Assembly (NCBI RefSeq): GCF_003351905.1 | Contig: NZ_CP022339.1 | Span: 570,001 to 602,000 of the forward strand | DNA length: 32,000 bases | Reading direction: 5' to 3' | Source of the DNA: Candidatus Saccharimonadota bacterium | GTDB taxonomy: Bacteria; Bacteroidota; Bacteroidia; Cytophagales; Amoebophilaceae | Shown here: piece by piece, positions 1-8,668 of the stretch | How positions within the stretch are numbered: the stretch's first letter is position 1 | Layout: each line of letters starts with the position of its first letter | Position numbers and translations under genes: made by a program | Notes under the pieces: model-generated | Database searches by the model: none | Told to the model about the DNA's origin: nothing | Seen by the model: the letters and a program-made list of their open reading frames with translations, nothing else

Positions 1-194
1 GAATCACTACGACCATACTTATTATAACCTAAATGGTTATCCATTTCTGACTGTAACGCTTTTTCTACAAGACATTTGCTTAATTCTTTGAGTAAGCCGC
101 CTTGATCAAAAAGCGTCGATAGGTCTACCCTTCAGTCTATCAATACGTCTATCGATTTGCTTATACCATCTTTAGGTGTATCTTTTCTTCTCAT
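1..194 (-). pseudogene. IS256/mutator-family transposase, N-terminal fragment (runs off window edge, in-frame stop)
   Basis: Reverse-strand translation from ATG at 194 gives MRRKDTPKDGISKSIDVLID*RVDLSTLFDQGGLLKELSKCLVEKALQSEMDNHLGYNKYGRSD. The L.E.AL..E...HLGY.K block is the conserved N-terminal signature of IS256-type transposases. There is an in-frame TGA at 132-134. Confidence 0.6.
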
Positions 195-314
195 TGTTTT
201 AAGTTTAAAGGTTACTTCTAGAGGAATAAAATCCAAATGAATTTAGACGAACTATGTTAATAAGCAAATTTTTTGTGATAAAAATATTTCGTTGTTAAGG
301 TTTATTTTGATTGA

Positions 315-362
315 GATGTGGATTTATGGATAACTTGATAAAGTTATCCATAAGTCCACATC
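315..362. repeat. 48-nt near-perfect palindrome (22-nt arms, 4-nt loop) with core TGGATAACTT/AAGTTATCCA
   Basis: GATGTGGATTTATGGATAACTT gata AAGTTATCCATAAGTCCACATC, with one arm mismatch. The arm is about 19/22 identical to an arm of the palindrome at 14583-14631. Confidence 0.85.
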
Positions 363-438
363 ATAACTGTTATATTTTTAATTTATATTCCTCATCAAAT
401 AATAAATTGTAAATTATTATCTTTCCTCTTTAGGCAGA

Positions 439-1225
439 CTAAGAGCTGACCTTTAGTTTAGATACATGGCCATCTACATAAAAAGTATTGTCGCGCATAA
501 TAGCAAATACTTGTCTAATAAGCTTGTTAGCTACTGCAATCAGTGCCACTTTACTAGGCTTACCCCTTTCTTTTAAGCGCTCATAAAATTCCTTACAGGC
601 CTTATTAAAGCGTATAGCTGACCAAGACGCCACATAGAGCAAAGGACGCAACCCAGGGTTTCCATGACGATTAATATGGCCTTTTTTTCTTACCGATGAG
701 CCTGAATGTTCATAAGTAGGCGCTAGCCCAATGTATTTAGAGAACTGCTTAGCACTTTCAAAATGGTGACCGCCACCAGTGGCAACGATAAGCTCCATAG
801 TCGTTCTATTGCCAAGACCTTTAATAGAACTGATCTGTTTATAGAGTTCTTTACAGCGTTCCTGTGTAATAGTAAGCATTTCTTGCTCTAAGAAGGCTAT
901 TGGTTCTTCTCAAGAAGATATATTTTGATTGATCATTTTTAAGGTTACAGCATCTGTTTTAGGCAACACATTAAAAAGACTCTAACAAATTATAAGACAT
1001 CGTCAGTTGTTTTTTCAACTGTGAAAGAAGTGTTTTTTGTTGCTTTAAGGCTTGGATACTTGCTACAGGCATTTGGTAGGATTTAGGTTCCATGTTAGCA
1101 CCATATAAAGCAATAAGTTGCGCATCTACCTTATCGGTTTTAGTTATATGATGCATTGCCTTAGCAAAGTGTTTGATTTGTCTTGGATTAACAACTGAAA
1201 CAGCTAGCTTAGCTGCTATAAGCAG
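439..1225 (-). pseudogene. IS110-family transposase relic (5'-truncated, frameshifted)
   Basis: ORF 971-1156 plus in-frame upstream codons read LIAAKLAVSVVNPRQIKHFAKAMHHITKTDKVDAQLIALYG, the IS110 N-domain motif. ORF 439-879 has the C-terminal block GLAPTYEHSGSS..KGHINRHGNPGLRPLLYVASWSAIR...GKPSKVALIAVANKLIRQ. The pieces are in different frames with stops at 880-970. The DEDD N-terminus (M..GIDV.K) is absent. Confidence 0.8.
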
Positions 1226-1233
1226 CTAAGCTA
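1205..1233. repeat. Perfect 13-bp-arm hairpin at the truncation point of the IS110 relic
   Basis: TAGCTTAGCTGCT ata AGCAGCTAAGCTA. One arm is the last recognisable IS110 coding sequence and the other is its inverted copy. Confidence 0.75.
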
Positions 1234-1327
1234 ATAATACCAAAAGATAAAAAGTATGATTTATGAGAAGAATTTAGCTAAATTTGAATCAGCTAAAGTA
1301 TGATGCATAGATCAACCCCATCCATAT

Positions 1328-2131
1328 ATGTTTAAAGTAGCAACCTTATATAAATTTGTGCCCTTACATGACTTGGGACTACTACAACAGCAACTTCAAT
1401 CTATATGCAGTGCGTTAACGGGTACACTGCTTATTGCCTCAGAGGGAATCAATGGTACCATTGCGGGCCCGCCCGATTTACTAGACCATGCGATGGCTCA
1501 GATAGCGGCTATCCCTTCGTTTAATGAGTTGTGGTACCAATATTCTGAAGCGGGTCATAAACCCTTTCGCCGTCTAAAGGTTCGGCTTAAAAAAGAAATC
1601 ATCACCATGCACCAACCAGAGGTGCAATCTATGCAATTACGAGGTCAGTATGTCTTAGCTGCTGACTGGAATAAAACCCTGGACCAGGCAGCTGTTGTAG
1701 TGGACGTGCGCAACGATTACGAGTGTCGGTTGGGCAGCTTTGAAGGGGCCATAAATCCTAAAACAACCTATTTTAGCCAATTCCCTGCTTTTGTTGAAAA
1801 CCATTTAACGGCCTATAAAGAGCAGCCCATTGCTATCTTCTGTACGGGAGGTATTAGATGCGAAAAAGTATCTGCCTATATGCTGGCCAATGGTTTCAAA
1901 GCGGTCTATCAACTCAGTGGCGGCATCCTACAATATTTAATGCATACCCATGAAGCGCAATCCAGATGGCAAGGCGAATGTTTTGTTTTTGATGAGCGGA
2001 TATCCCTAGGCCATGGATTAAAAAAAGGCAATAGCCTACTTTGCTATGGCTGTCGTATGCCTTTAACAGAGGCAGATATAGATGTAGATTACCAACCTGG
2101 TGTGCGGTGTAAATTTTGTGTAAAACGATAG
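1328..2131 (+). CDS. trhO: Rhodanese-domain tRNA uridine(34) hydroxylase (UPF0176/YceA family)
   Basis: The 267-aa ORF starts with the typical N-terminus (VATLYKF..L), followed by IASEGINGTIAGP. It has a rhodanese core (VVDVRNDYE...G.F.GA) and the active-site loop FCTGGIRCEK. There is a C-terminal Cys cluster (CYGC...CKFC). Confidence 0.85.
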   Translation: MFKVATLYKFVPLHDLGLLQQQLQSICSALTGTLLIASEGINGTIAGPPDLLDHAMAQIAAIPSFNELWYQYSEAGHKPFRRLKVRLKKEIITMHQPEVQSMQLRGQYVLAADWNKTLDQAAVVVDVRNDYECRLGSFEGAINPKTTYFSQFPAFVENHLTAYKEQPIAIFCTGGIRCEKVSAYMLANGFKAVYQLSGGILQYLMHTHEAQSRWQGECFVFDERISLGHGLKKGNSLLCYGCRMPLTEADIDVDYQPGVRCKFCVKR

Positions 2132-2167
2132 CTGCTTTTTAATTCTGAACGACACACGTTATCATAT

Positions 2168-3067
2168 ATGAAAGGCTATTTATTTCCTGGGCAAGGCAGT
2201 CAATACATAGGCATGGGCAGGTCGCTCTATCCACACAGTAGGCAAGCACGGCAAATGTTTGAAACAGCTGACCGAATAGTAGGTTTTGATCTGACGCGCA
2301 TGATGTTGGAAGGTACACAGGAAGCTTTAAAGACCACTACGGTGGCACAGCCTGCTGTTTTTTTGCATGCCGTTGCGACTGCTTTTTTAAGTAATACCTT
2401 TCGTCCAGCAGCTGTGGCAGGCCATTCCTTGGGTGAAATAGCTGCCTTGGTCGCTATTGAAGTCATGTCATTTGAAGAAGGGCTCCATTTGGTATCAGTC
2501 CGCTCTAAAGCGATGCAAAAAGCGTGTCAGCTTTGCCCTGGTACCATGGCTGCTGTACTGGGTATGCAAGATGAGGTGGTGGAAGCCATCTGTGCAGAGA
2601 TTACAAAGGAAGTAGTTGTACCGGCTAATTACAATTGCCCAGGGCAATTGGTGATTTCCGGTAGCCAGGCAGGTGTCGCATTGGCTACAGAAGCTTTAAT
2701 CAAGGCGGGTGCGCGGAAAGTCATACCCCTACAAGTAGAGGGAGGGTTTCATTCTCCGCTGATGGCGCATGCCCAGGAAAGTGTGGCTGCAGCACTCTCA
2801 TCTATTCCTTTTGCTAAAGGGATTTGCCCCATTTATCAGAATGTGACCGGACGCCCTGTGCATGATCCCGCAGTCATTAAAAACAACCTCCTCCAACAGT
2901 TGGTAGCACCTATTTATTGGACCAAAACCATTCACCATATGATGGAAGATGGGATTACGGCATATATAGAATGTGGGCCAGGAACGGTTTTACAAGGGTT
3001 AGTTCGAAAAATCGCCCCTGCGTCTATGTACGTAACCCGCCATCTACTTGAATCACCTGTCCTGTAA
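2168..3067 (+). CDS. fabD: Malonyl-CoA:ACP transacylase
   Basis: FPGQGSQYIGMG N-terminal motif, GHSLGE active-site nucleophile elbow, and a later GGFHSPLM motif. The 299-aa length is typical. Confidence 0.92.
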   Translation: MKGYLFPGQGSQYIGMGRSLYPHSRQARQMFETADRIVGFDLTRMMLEGTQEALKTTTVAQPAVFLHAVATAFLSNTFRPAAVAGHSLGEIAALVAIEVMSFEEGLHLVSVRSKAMQKACQLCPGTMAAVLGMQDEVVEAICAEITKEVVVPANYNCPGQLVISGSQAGVALATEALIKAGARKVIPLQVEGGFHSPLMAHAQESVAAALSSIPFAKGICPIYQNVTGRPVHDPAVIKNNLLQQLVAPIYWTKTIHHMMEDGITAYIECGPGTVLQGLVRKIAPASMYVTRHLLESPVL

Positions 3068-3770
3068 TGTAGCTTGATGCATCAGAAGCTAAAAAAAGCG
3101 CACAGTTGGCCACATCCTCCGGAAGTCCCGCACGTTTAAGAGGAATCTTGTCGACCCAGCCTTTCTGTAGGGATGTATCCAGTTGATCCGTCATAGCGGT
3201 TGCTATAAAGCCTGGTGCAATCACATTCGCACGAATGTTTCTACTGCCTAGCTCTAAAGCGATCGATTTCGTCAACCCAATCATACCTGCTTTGGAAGCC
3301 GCATAATTCGCCTGTCCGGCATGGCCACTGATGCCTACAATAGAAGATATATTGATAATAGAACCACTGCGTTGCTTGAGAAAAGTTTTGGTGGCTGCCT
3401 GTACGGTGTTAAAAACAGATTTTAAATTGACATTTAATACCGCATTCCAATCCGCTTCTGACATACGTAGTAGTAAGTTGTCTCTAGTGATGCCTGCATT
3501 ATTAACTAGTACATCTAGTCCGCCAAATACTTCTACCACATCCTCTATTGCTTGATGCGTAGCCTGAAAGTCAGAGGCATCTGCATGGATGCATTTGACT
3601 TTCACATCTAAGGCGCGTAATGCCGCTTCTGTAGCTTGAACCGTTTCTAGATCAGATCCGCAATAGGTAAAAGCAATGTCACCCCCTGCTGCTGCTAATT
3701 TAAGGGCAATAGATTGGCCAATGCCTCGTGAAGCGCCTGTAATAAATATTTTTTTTCCTTTTAGATCCAT
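3024..3770 (-). CDS. fabG: 3-oxoacyl-ACP reductase (SDR)
   Basis: TGASRGIGQSIA Rossmann motif, NNAGITRD, catalytic YAASKAG, and the IRANVIAPGFIAT and ITGQVIQVDGG tail. The ORF is 248 aa. Confidence 0.92.
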   Translation of the reverse strand: MDLKGKKIFITGASRGIGQSIALKLAAAGGDIAFTYCGSDLETVQATEAALRALDVKVKCIHADASDFQATHQAIEDVVEVFGGLDVLVNNAGITRDNLLLRMSEADWNAVLNVNLKSVFNTVQAATKTFLKQRSGSIINISSIVGISGHAGQANYAASKAGMIGLTKSIALELGSRNIRANVIAPGFIATAMTDQLDTSLQKGWVDKIPLKRAGLPEDVANCALFLASDASSYITGQVIQVDGGLRT

Positions 3771-3840
3771 AATAAAAAACGTTCACTATATCCTTGTTCA
3801 GCCAATCGTGTTGGCTTAAGGAGTATATGTGTTATTGACT

Positions 3841-4150
3841 GTCCAATAAAAGTGTCTATGCACGGACATGGGTTCCTAAGGTATTTTTACTTTTTTCTTG
3901 ATAAGAAAGTAACCAAAAATCAAGTCCTCGGAAAAAAATCGCTAAGATTGTCATCTGACAGATGGAAAAACAGAAAGGCCCCCAAAGGGGGCTACTCTAT
4001 AAATATAACCTTTTTCCTTATCTAGTAGCATAGCAGGATTGAAAGTTTTCTAAAAATTGCTCCCATAGCTTGAGCATATCATGGGTCTGAGTGTATTGCA
4101 TGAAATATTTCATCATGCGAAACGGTTGCTTCTGCTTGATTGGATCATCT
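3841..4150 (-). repeat. Dispersed repeat copy A (decayed footprint of the SSS/HD-family C-terminal linker plus about 125-nt non-coding core)
   Basis: 3841-3964 aligns by eye at about 70-75% with 18549-18672. 4100-4150 (catcatgcgaaacggttgcttctgcttg) aligns with 18741-18770 and with the coding sequence at 15530-15590 of the 1200-aa gene. Confidence 0.6.
3966..3993 (-). terminator. Probable intrinsic terminator (reverse strand)
   Basis: The reverse strand reads GCCCCC ttt GGGGGC (6-bp GC stem) followed by CTTTCTGTTTTT. It lies downstream of the 4264-7632 gene. Confidence 0.5.
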
Positions 4151-4263
4151 GGTGTAGTATAACAGCTTTACGAATGGATTATCTCCTTCCATAAGCGCTT
4201 GATCAAGATGGGGCTAAACAACGTCCATGGCTTATATGAACAGTGGTCATCAAATATATTTTT

Positions 4264-7200
4264 TTAAGACTTTACCATTGTTATATTTAATGCCCTTTCA
4301 GCATGTAATTGCAGTTCATCAGTTATATCAACCAGTTGTAGCTGCATAGCCAATGGTAGATAAAAGTCTTGAATTAATCTTATTTTCTCTAGCTGCTTTT
4401 CGATGGCGTGACCAGCAATCGTTCTTGCATTATGTAACACATCTGCTAGCCTAATCAGTATCGCATCTTGTTTTGTATGAGCTATGATTTGTTCGATATA
4501 GGTAGCATAATCCTCTTTTTGGTTGGGTAATTCTTTTTCTAAGCGTGCTGCCGCCCATACCGTCTCTGTAATAGCAGGGCCAAATAGCGTCGTTAAGCCT
4601 GCTTCTGTAAAGGGTGTATTTTGTACCACATCATGGACTAAACCTGCAATAATTACACTGGTGTCTTCCGTTATCGTCAGTAAAATGGAGGCTACGGCCA
4701 TGGGATGTAAGTAAAAAAGTTCACCTGTTTTTCTTCTTTGCGTGGTATAATAGATTTTAATTAATTGTAGTGCATCCATTACTGCATCTACCTTAAGTCC
4801 TTTCTTCTGCTTAACCTTTTCTAGAAAATCAGCTTCTGCTTGTATACTTATTGGGTCCAATACCGTCGTTTGTGTATAGACAACAGGTGAAAGCGTAGCA
4901 AATGCCTTCGTAATTTCTTGCACGTTGACAGGTATTACGTATAAATGGGTGATTTCTGATGCAGAACAGAATCGCTCATAGTACCCGTAATGTGCATGTA
5001 CAATATGTTGATTTTCTGAATCTATTTTTTCTTCATACGCATCTAAGATTTGAATATCTGCCATTTCTGCCACCTTATAAATGGGGGCTATGGCAGGCAA
5101 TTGTGTGGCAGTGGTGATGCAAAAGCTGATTGCATTGATTTTTTGTAACTTACCTTGTAACAGTGTGAGTCGATAACCTAACTGTGTATCATCTATATAT
5201 ATATAGATATCCTTTCTTTGATCGCTATGTAGAGATTCATGTGTGCTACAGGCGTATAAACTACTGATGATTAGATTTTTAATGCTTTCTATTGCACACT
5301 GTATATAGAGGTGTTTGGTGTTGATCATTACATAGGGCGTCTCATATATATTGCTGATTGTTATTGTATCAAAACATTCGGCTAATAGTTGATCAATGCT
5401 CATCCAATTCGTAACTAAATGGAGGTTATATTTTAAATGTTGAAAGATGCTGTTAAAATATTTTTTTAACCTAAGTGTTTGATCTGCATAGGTAAGGAGT
5501 CGTTCCTCTGGTTGATCCAATCGCATGAGTTGGTGGTTCAATTGGGAGATGATCCAACTGCTTTCATAAGCCAGTGCTTCTACTTGTTGTTTATTAAAAA
5601 ATTGCCTGGCATTTTGCTCTTCTTTTTCACTAGTTAATGTTTGTATGATTGATAAGCGCTTACCTAAGGCATGCGTATGGTATAAAAAACCGCCCACCAA
5701 AATGAAGAACATAAGTAGGGTGTAGGCAATATGCAGATTCAGGTCTAAAGGGTAATCGATCAATGCAACGGTGCCGTCCATATAGTGGCGCAAGGTCCAC
5801 ACTACTATAGTACTCATGATGCAGCCAATGAGTAGCACGATCAATGGGGTAATAAAAATAGATAAGAGCAGGTTGAGTATACAAATGGTGGTATATAAGT
5901 AGGTGAATTTACTAAGCATAGCCATGCCCGTACCTACTAAAAAAAGAAAATAGACATGACTGAATGGCCATATTACTGACGCTATTTTTCGGATATAGCG
6001 TTGGGGCGAAATGAAGGGGTAAATGAAAAAAAATGTGGCCACAAAGAGGCTGGGTAAAAGCATAAAGACTTCTAGTCTGGTATGCCATATGGGATGACTG
6101 GTAAAAGTATACAAGGAACCATAACCTGTTAGAAGGATATAAAAACCAAACAGTATATAGGGTAGGTGATGCTTGGGTAAGGATAGGTAATCCCCAAGAT
6201 TAAATGGCCTAATCAAGGCATGTTTAGACAATCGCTTCCATAACGGTGGCGGTTTAACTACCGGATCTTGGGCCAACCTATTGGTGCAGTGCGGTGGGTT
6301 TGTACTTCGTTTACCCTTGAAAAACTGGATCACTAATATGCTAAGTAGGTTCACCATCATAGCTGGGAGTAGACTACACATACCTGGGTTAGCTATACAG
6401 CAGGACCAGGTTATAGTCGTTAGACCACCTGCTAGCATACCTGCTAAAACCGCGTGGGGATGTAATGCAATGCCGATTAATGAGAGTAATAAGGGTAGGC
6501 TTACCATGGTTTTAAACAAAATAATAGCCATTGCTATCAGTTGTTCTTGTGTGTATAAGGCAATAAGCGTGGCCATCATGCTTACTATTGCCTGATACAG
6601 GATCGGCTTTTTTACCCATTTGAATAGATCTGGCAGGTCGTTGGTTATTAAACGTGTGGCGGCGTGTAAATTTGCACCTGCTGTAGACAGCGTCAATGCG
6701 GCGGCACCTATCATAAACAACCCTTTTAACCCTAGATAAGCCTCAAAAGAAGTCATGACCAATGGCATTAATTTGCCTGCGTTTTTTTGTGCCAACAGCG
6801 CCACCCATAGTAAAAGCAAGTTGATGCTTAATGACAAGAAACCTGCACTATTAAAAGTCCGTTTTACTTGCGTAGCATTTTCAGCAGCTAAAATGGGTGC
6901 TACCTGAGCAGGGTAGAAAGCAGGTAGGACAAAAGCCATACCATACACCATATGATTCAGTGGAACCGCATCACGCAAACGATCCCAGCCATCTTTAATG
7001 GCTAAAGTAAAATGCGCTTGATCCCCATAGGGGTGGGTTACCATGCTTTTCCATAAAATCCAAGCGATGAGGGGGAGCAATATGCCAAAGGTCGCACAGC
7101 GTGCTACACGTACCAATGTTGGCGGGTGTATCTGGTTGGGTCCAACAGGCAACATGATCAAGAGTGCCGCGATCAGCAGGCTATAATGTGGTTGCATGGC

Positions 7201-7632
7201 AAAGTACCAACCTATAGCCACGGAAAGTAGCTTACACTGCATAGCAGCTGCTGCAGCGCTATGTAAGATACCAGATAGGGCGACCATTTTTCGAATAGGG
7301 TTGCCATAGAGCCGGCCCATTATTTCTGCTACTGATCCAGTATTAAAAAAAAGATGCAACCGATGGGCCAGCAGGTTGCCTATTATAAAATAGCTGAGCA
7401 TGCTGCCTGCCCAATATAATAAGCCATCTATATGCAACGGATTACACAACACCTCTCCTCCATAGGTTATCGCTAAGATGGCTGTTATAGTATGCGCTGC
7501 TGTAAAGTGCGTATATGGGTGGGAGGAATGTTTGGTAGCACGGATGCTAACGAATAGGTAGGCTAATAAAAAAAGAAGAAAAATAATACTGTCTAAGTCC
7601 ATTACCGGTCCTGTAATTATTGTGCTGAACAA
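4264..7632 (-). CDS. Giant polytopic protein: degenerate SSS-transporter-like domain + second TM block + histidine-kinase-like module + RelA/SpoT-type HD domain
   Basis: The ORF is 1122 aa. The N-terminal multi-TM region is paralogous to the 14889-18491 and 18788-20218 proteins (SVAEIMGRLYGNPIRKMVALSG vs SIAQTMGHVYGRYARIVTALVG). The mid region has an H-box-like ISQLNHQLMRL and a CA-like tail IVHAHYGYYE...LYVIPVNV. The C-terminus reads GELFYLHPMAVASIL...AGLVHDVVQNT...RLADVLHNARTI, matching (p)ppGpp-hydrolase HD motifs. Confidence 0.75.
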   Translation of the reverse strand: MFSTIITGPVMDLDSIIFLLFLLAYLFVSIRATKHSSHPYTHFTAAHTITAILAITYGGEVLCNPLHIDGLLYWAGSMLSYFIIGNLLAHRLHLFFNTGSVAEIMGRLYGNPIRKMVALSGILHSAAAAAMQCKLLSVAIGWYFAMQPHYSLLIAALLIMLPVGPNQIHPPTLVRVARCATFGILLPLIAWILWKSMVTHPYGDQAHFTLAIKDGWDRLRDAVPLNHMVYGMAFVLPAFYPAQVAPILAAENATQVKRTFNSAGFLSLSINLLLLWVALLAQKNAGKLMPLVMTSFEAYLGLKGLFMIGAAALTLSTAGANLHAATRLITNDLPDLFKWVKKPILYQAIVSMMATLIALYTQEQLIAMAIILFKTMVSLPLLLSLIGIALHPHAVLAGMLAGGLTTITWSCCIANPGMCSLLPAMMVNLLSILVIQFFKGKRSTNPPHCTNRLAQDPVVKPPPLWKRLSKHALIRPFNLGDYLSLPKHHLPYILFGFYILLTGYGSLYTFTSHPIWHTRLEVFMLLPSLFVATFFFIYPFISPQRYIRKIASVIWPFSHVYFLFLVGTGMAMLSKFTYLYTTICILNLLLSIFITPLIVLLIGCIMSTIVVWTLRHYMDGTVALIDYPLDLNLHIAYTLLMFFILVGGFLYHTHALGKRLSIIQTLTSEKEEQNARQFFNKQQVEALAYESSWIISQLNHQLMRLDQPEERLLTYADQTLRLKKYFNSIFQHLKYNLHLVTNWMSIDQLLAECFDTITISNIYETPYVMINTKHLYIQCAIESIKNLIISSLYACSTHESLHSDQRKDIYIYIDDTQLGYRLTLLQGKLQKINAISFCITTATQLPAIAPIYKVAEMADIQILDAYEEKIDSENQHIVHAHYGYYERFCSASEITHLYVIPVNVQEITKAFATLSPVVYTQTTVLDPISIQAEADFLEKVKQKKGLKVDAVMDALQLIKIYYTTQRRKTGELFYLHPMAVASILLTITEDTSVIIAGLVHDVVQNTPFTEAGLTTLFGPAITETVWAAARLEKELPNQKEDYATYIEQIIAHTKQDAILIRLADVLHNARTIAGHAIEKQLEKIRLIQDFYLPLAMQLQLVDITDELQLHAERALNITMVKS

Positions 7633-7757
7633 TATGCGTTTTTATAAGGATCTGCTCCACAGTCACCTATCAAATCTTTTAGGTAAGCAAGATAAAGCAC
7701 TTGTCAGCCCATTATTAAAACCATATGGAACAGCTAGCGCAACTATTCAAAAACTAT

Positions 7758-8162
7758 TTAGTATAGTGCCTGAGATAGCAAGGCGCTAAGGTGTTGCAAC
7801 GACCTAATAACAGCCTTATTTAAAATAGGATAGTGGATCTCTTCCTCTTTTCCAGTATACACATATCCTATTAAAAAGGCAAACCCGGTAGGCGCTAAAA
7901 CATCATCCAATAGATATTTATTGATGCGATAGGCTTCTCTAAGCAAGCGTTTTACTTTATTACGTTGTACAGCAGAACGAAGGTGTCGCTTAGAAACAGC
8001 AAAAAGAACTTGATTACATCTAAATTGTTCTTGCTTTTTTTGCAGGTAAAAGACGCTACAGAGATGTAACCTAAGCCTGCGCCCCTCCTGAAAAAGCATT
8101 TTTATATGCTTTCGATTGGTTAGTCTATGGCACTTGGGCAGGTTATTTTTCCCCATAACCAA
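7758..8162 (-). CDS. rnpA: Ribonuclease P protein component
   Basis: FAVSKRHLRSAVQRNKVKRLLREAYR is the RnpA RNR-type motif. The gene lies 18 nt downstream of rpmH in the classic rpmH-rnpA arrangement. Confidence 0.85.
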   Translation of the reverse strand: MVMGKNNLPKCHRLTNRKHIKMLFQEGRRLRLHLCSVFYLQKKQEQFRCNQVLFAVSKRHLRSAVQRNKVKRLLREAYRINKYLLDDVLAPTGFAFLIGYVYTGKEEEIHYPILNKAVIRSLQHLSALLSQALY

Positions 8163-8180
8163 TAGCGGCAGGAAAAAATA

Positions 8181-8339
8181 TTAGCGTTTATGTCTAGGTT
8201 CATCAGAAACAGTTAACTTCTCCCTTCCTTTGGCGCGTCTTCTGGCTAATACCGCACGGCCATTGGGCGTGGACATACGCTCCCTAAAACCATGCTTGTT
8301 GCTTCTTTTTCTAAGTGAGGGTTGAAATGTTCTTTTCAT
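8181..8339 (-). CDS. rpmH: 50S ribosomal protein L34
   Basis: This gene is not in the ORF track because it is under 60 aa. Reverse translation gives [52 protein letters not shown], a canonical L34. Confidence 0.95.
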   Translation of the reverse strand: MKRTFQPSLRKRSNKHGFRERMSTPNGRAVLARRRAKGREKLTVSDEPRHKR

Positions 8340-8668
8340 AGCTGCTTAATGACCTTTTTAGATATATGAGACTTTTATTGTTTATATTTCCCTTGCGATA
8401 CAAAGTGATACACATTAAATTTGCCTTGGCAAGGTAGGTAAATCTGTGGTAGAATCCAAATACTTGTATCAGCGACTGCAAGCGAGGCGCATGCCAAGCA
8501 TCGATAAAAAATATATTATTATTTAATAATCAATACTAGTTATCTTTTCAGTGGGTGCTATTGCAGGTTTGGTTTATGTTAGGTACCTATTATAGGTTAT
8601 TTTAGGCTTACATGTATTTCATGCGCTCGTATCTTACGCTTTTAATTAATGTTAAGTGATACATCTCC

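Noticed and set aside
4018-4110. 31-codon reverse-strand ORF MKYFMQYTQTHDMLKLWEQFLENFQSCYATR
   Set aside because: It is part of repeat copy A and aligns with the decayed linker relic (..PK.Q...MM...) seen at 18673-18787, so it is better explained as a pseudogene fragment than as a small gene.
8340-8668. The spacer upstream of rpmH as oriC, since rpmH-rnpA often neighbours dnaA/oriC
   Set aside because: I found no convincing TTATCCACA-type boxes. There is only a repeated AAGTGATACA (8402 and 8655) and a small CCTTGGCAAGG palindrome, which is not enough to call an origin.
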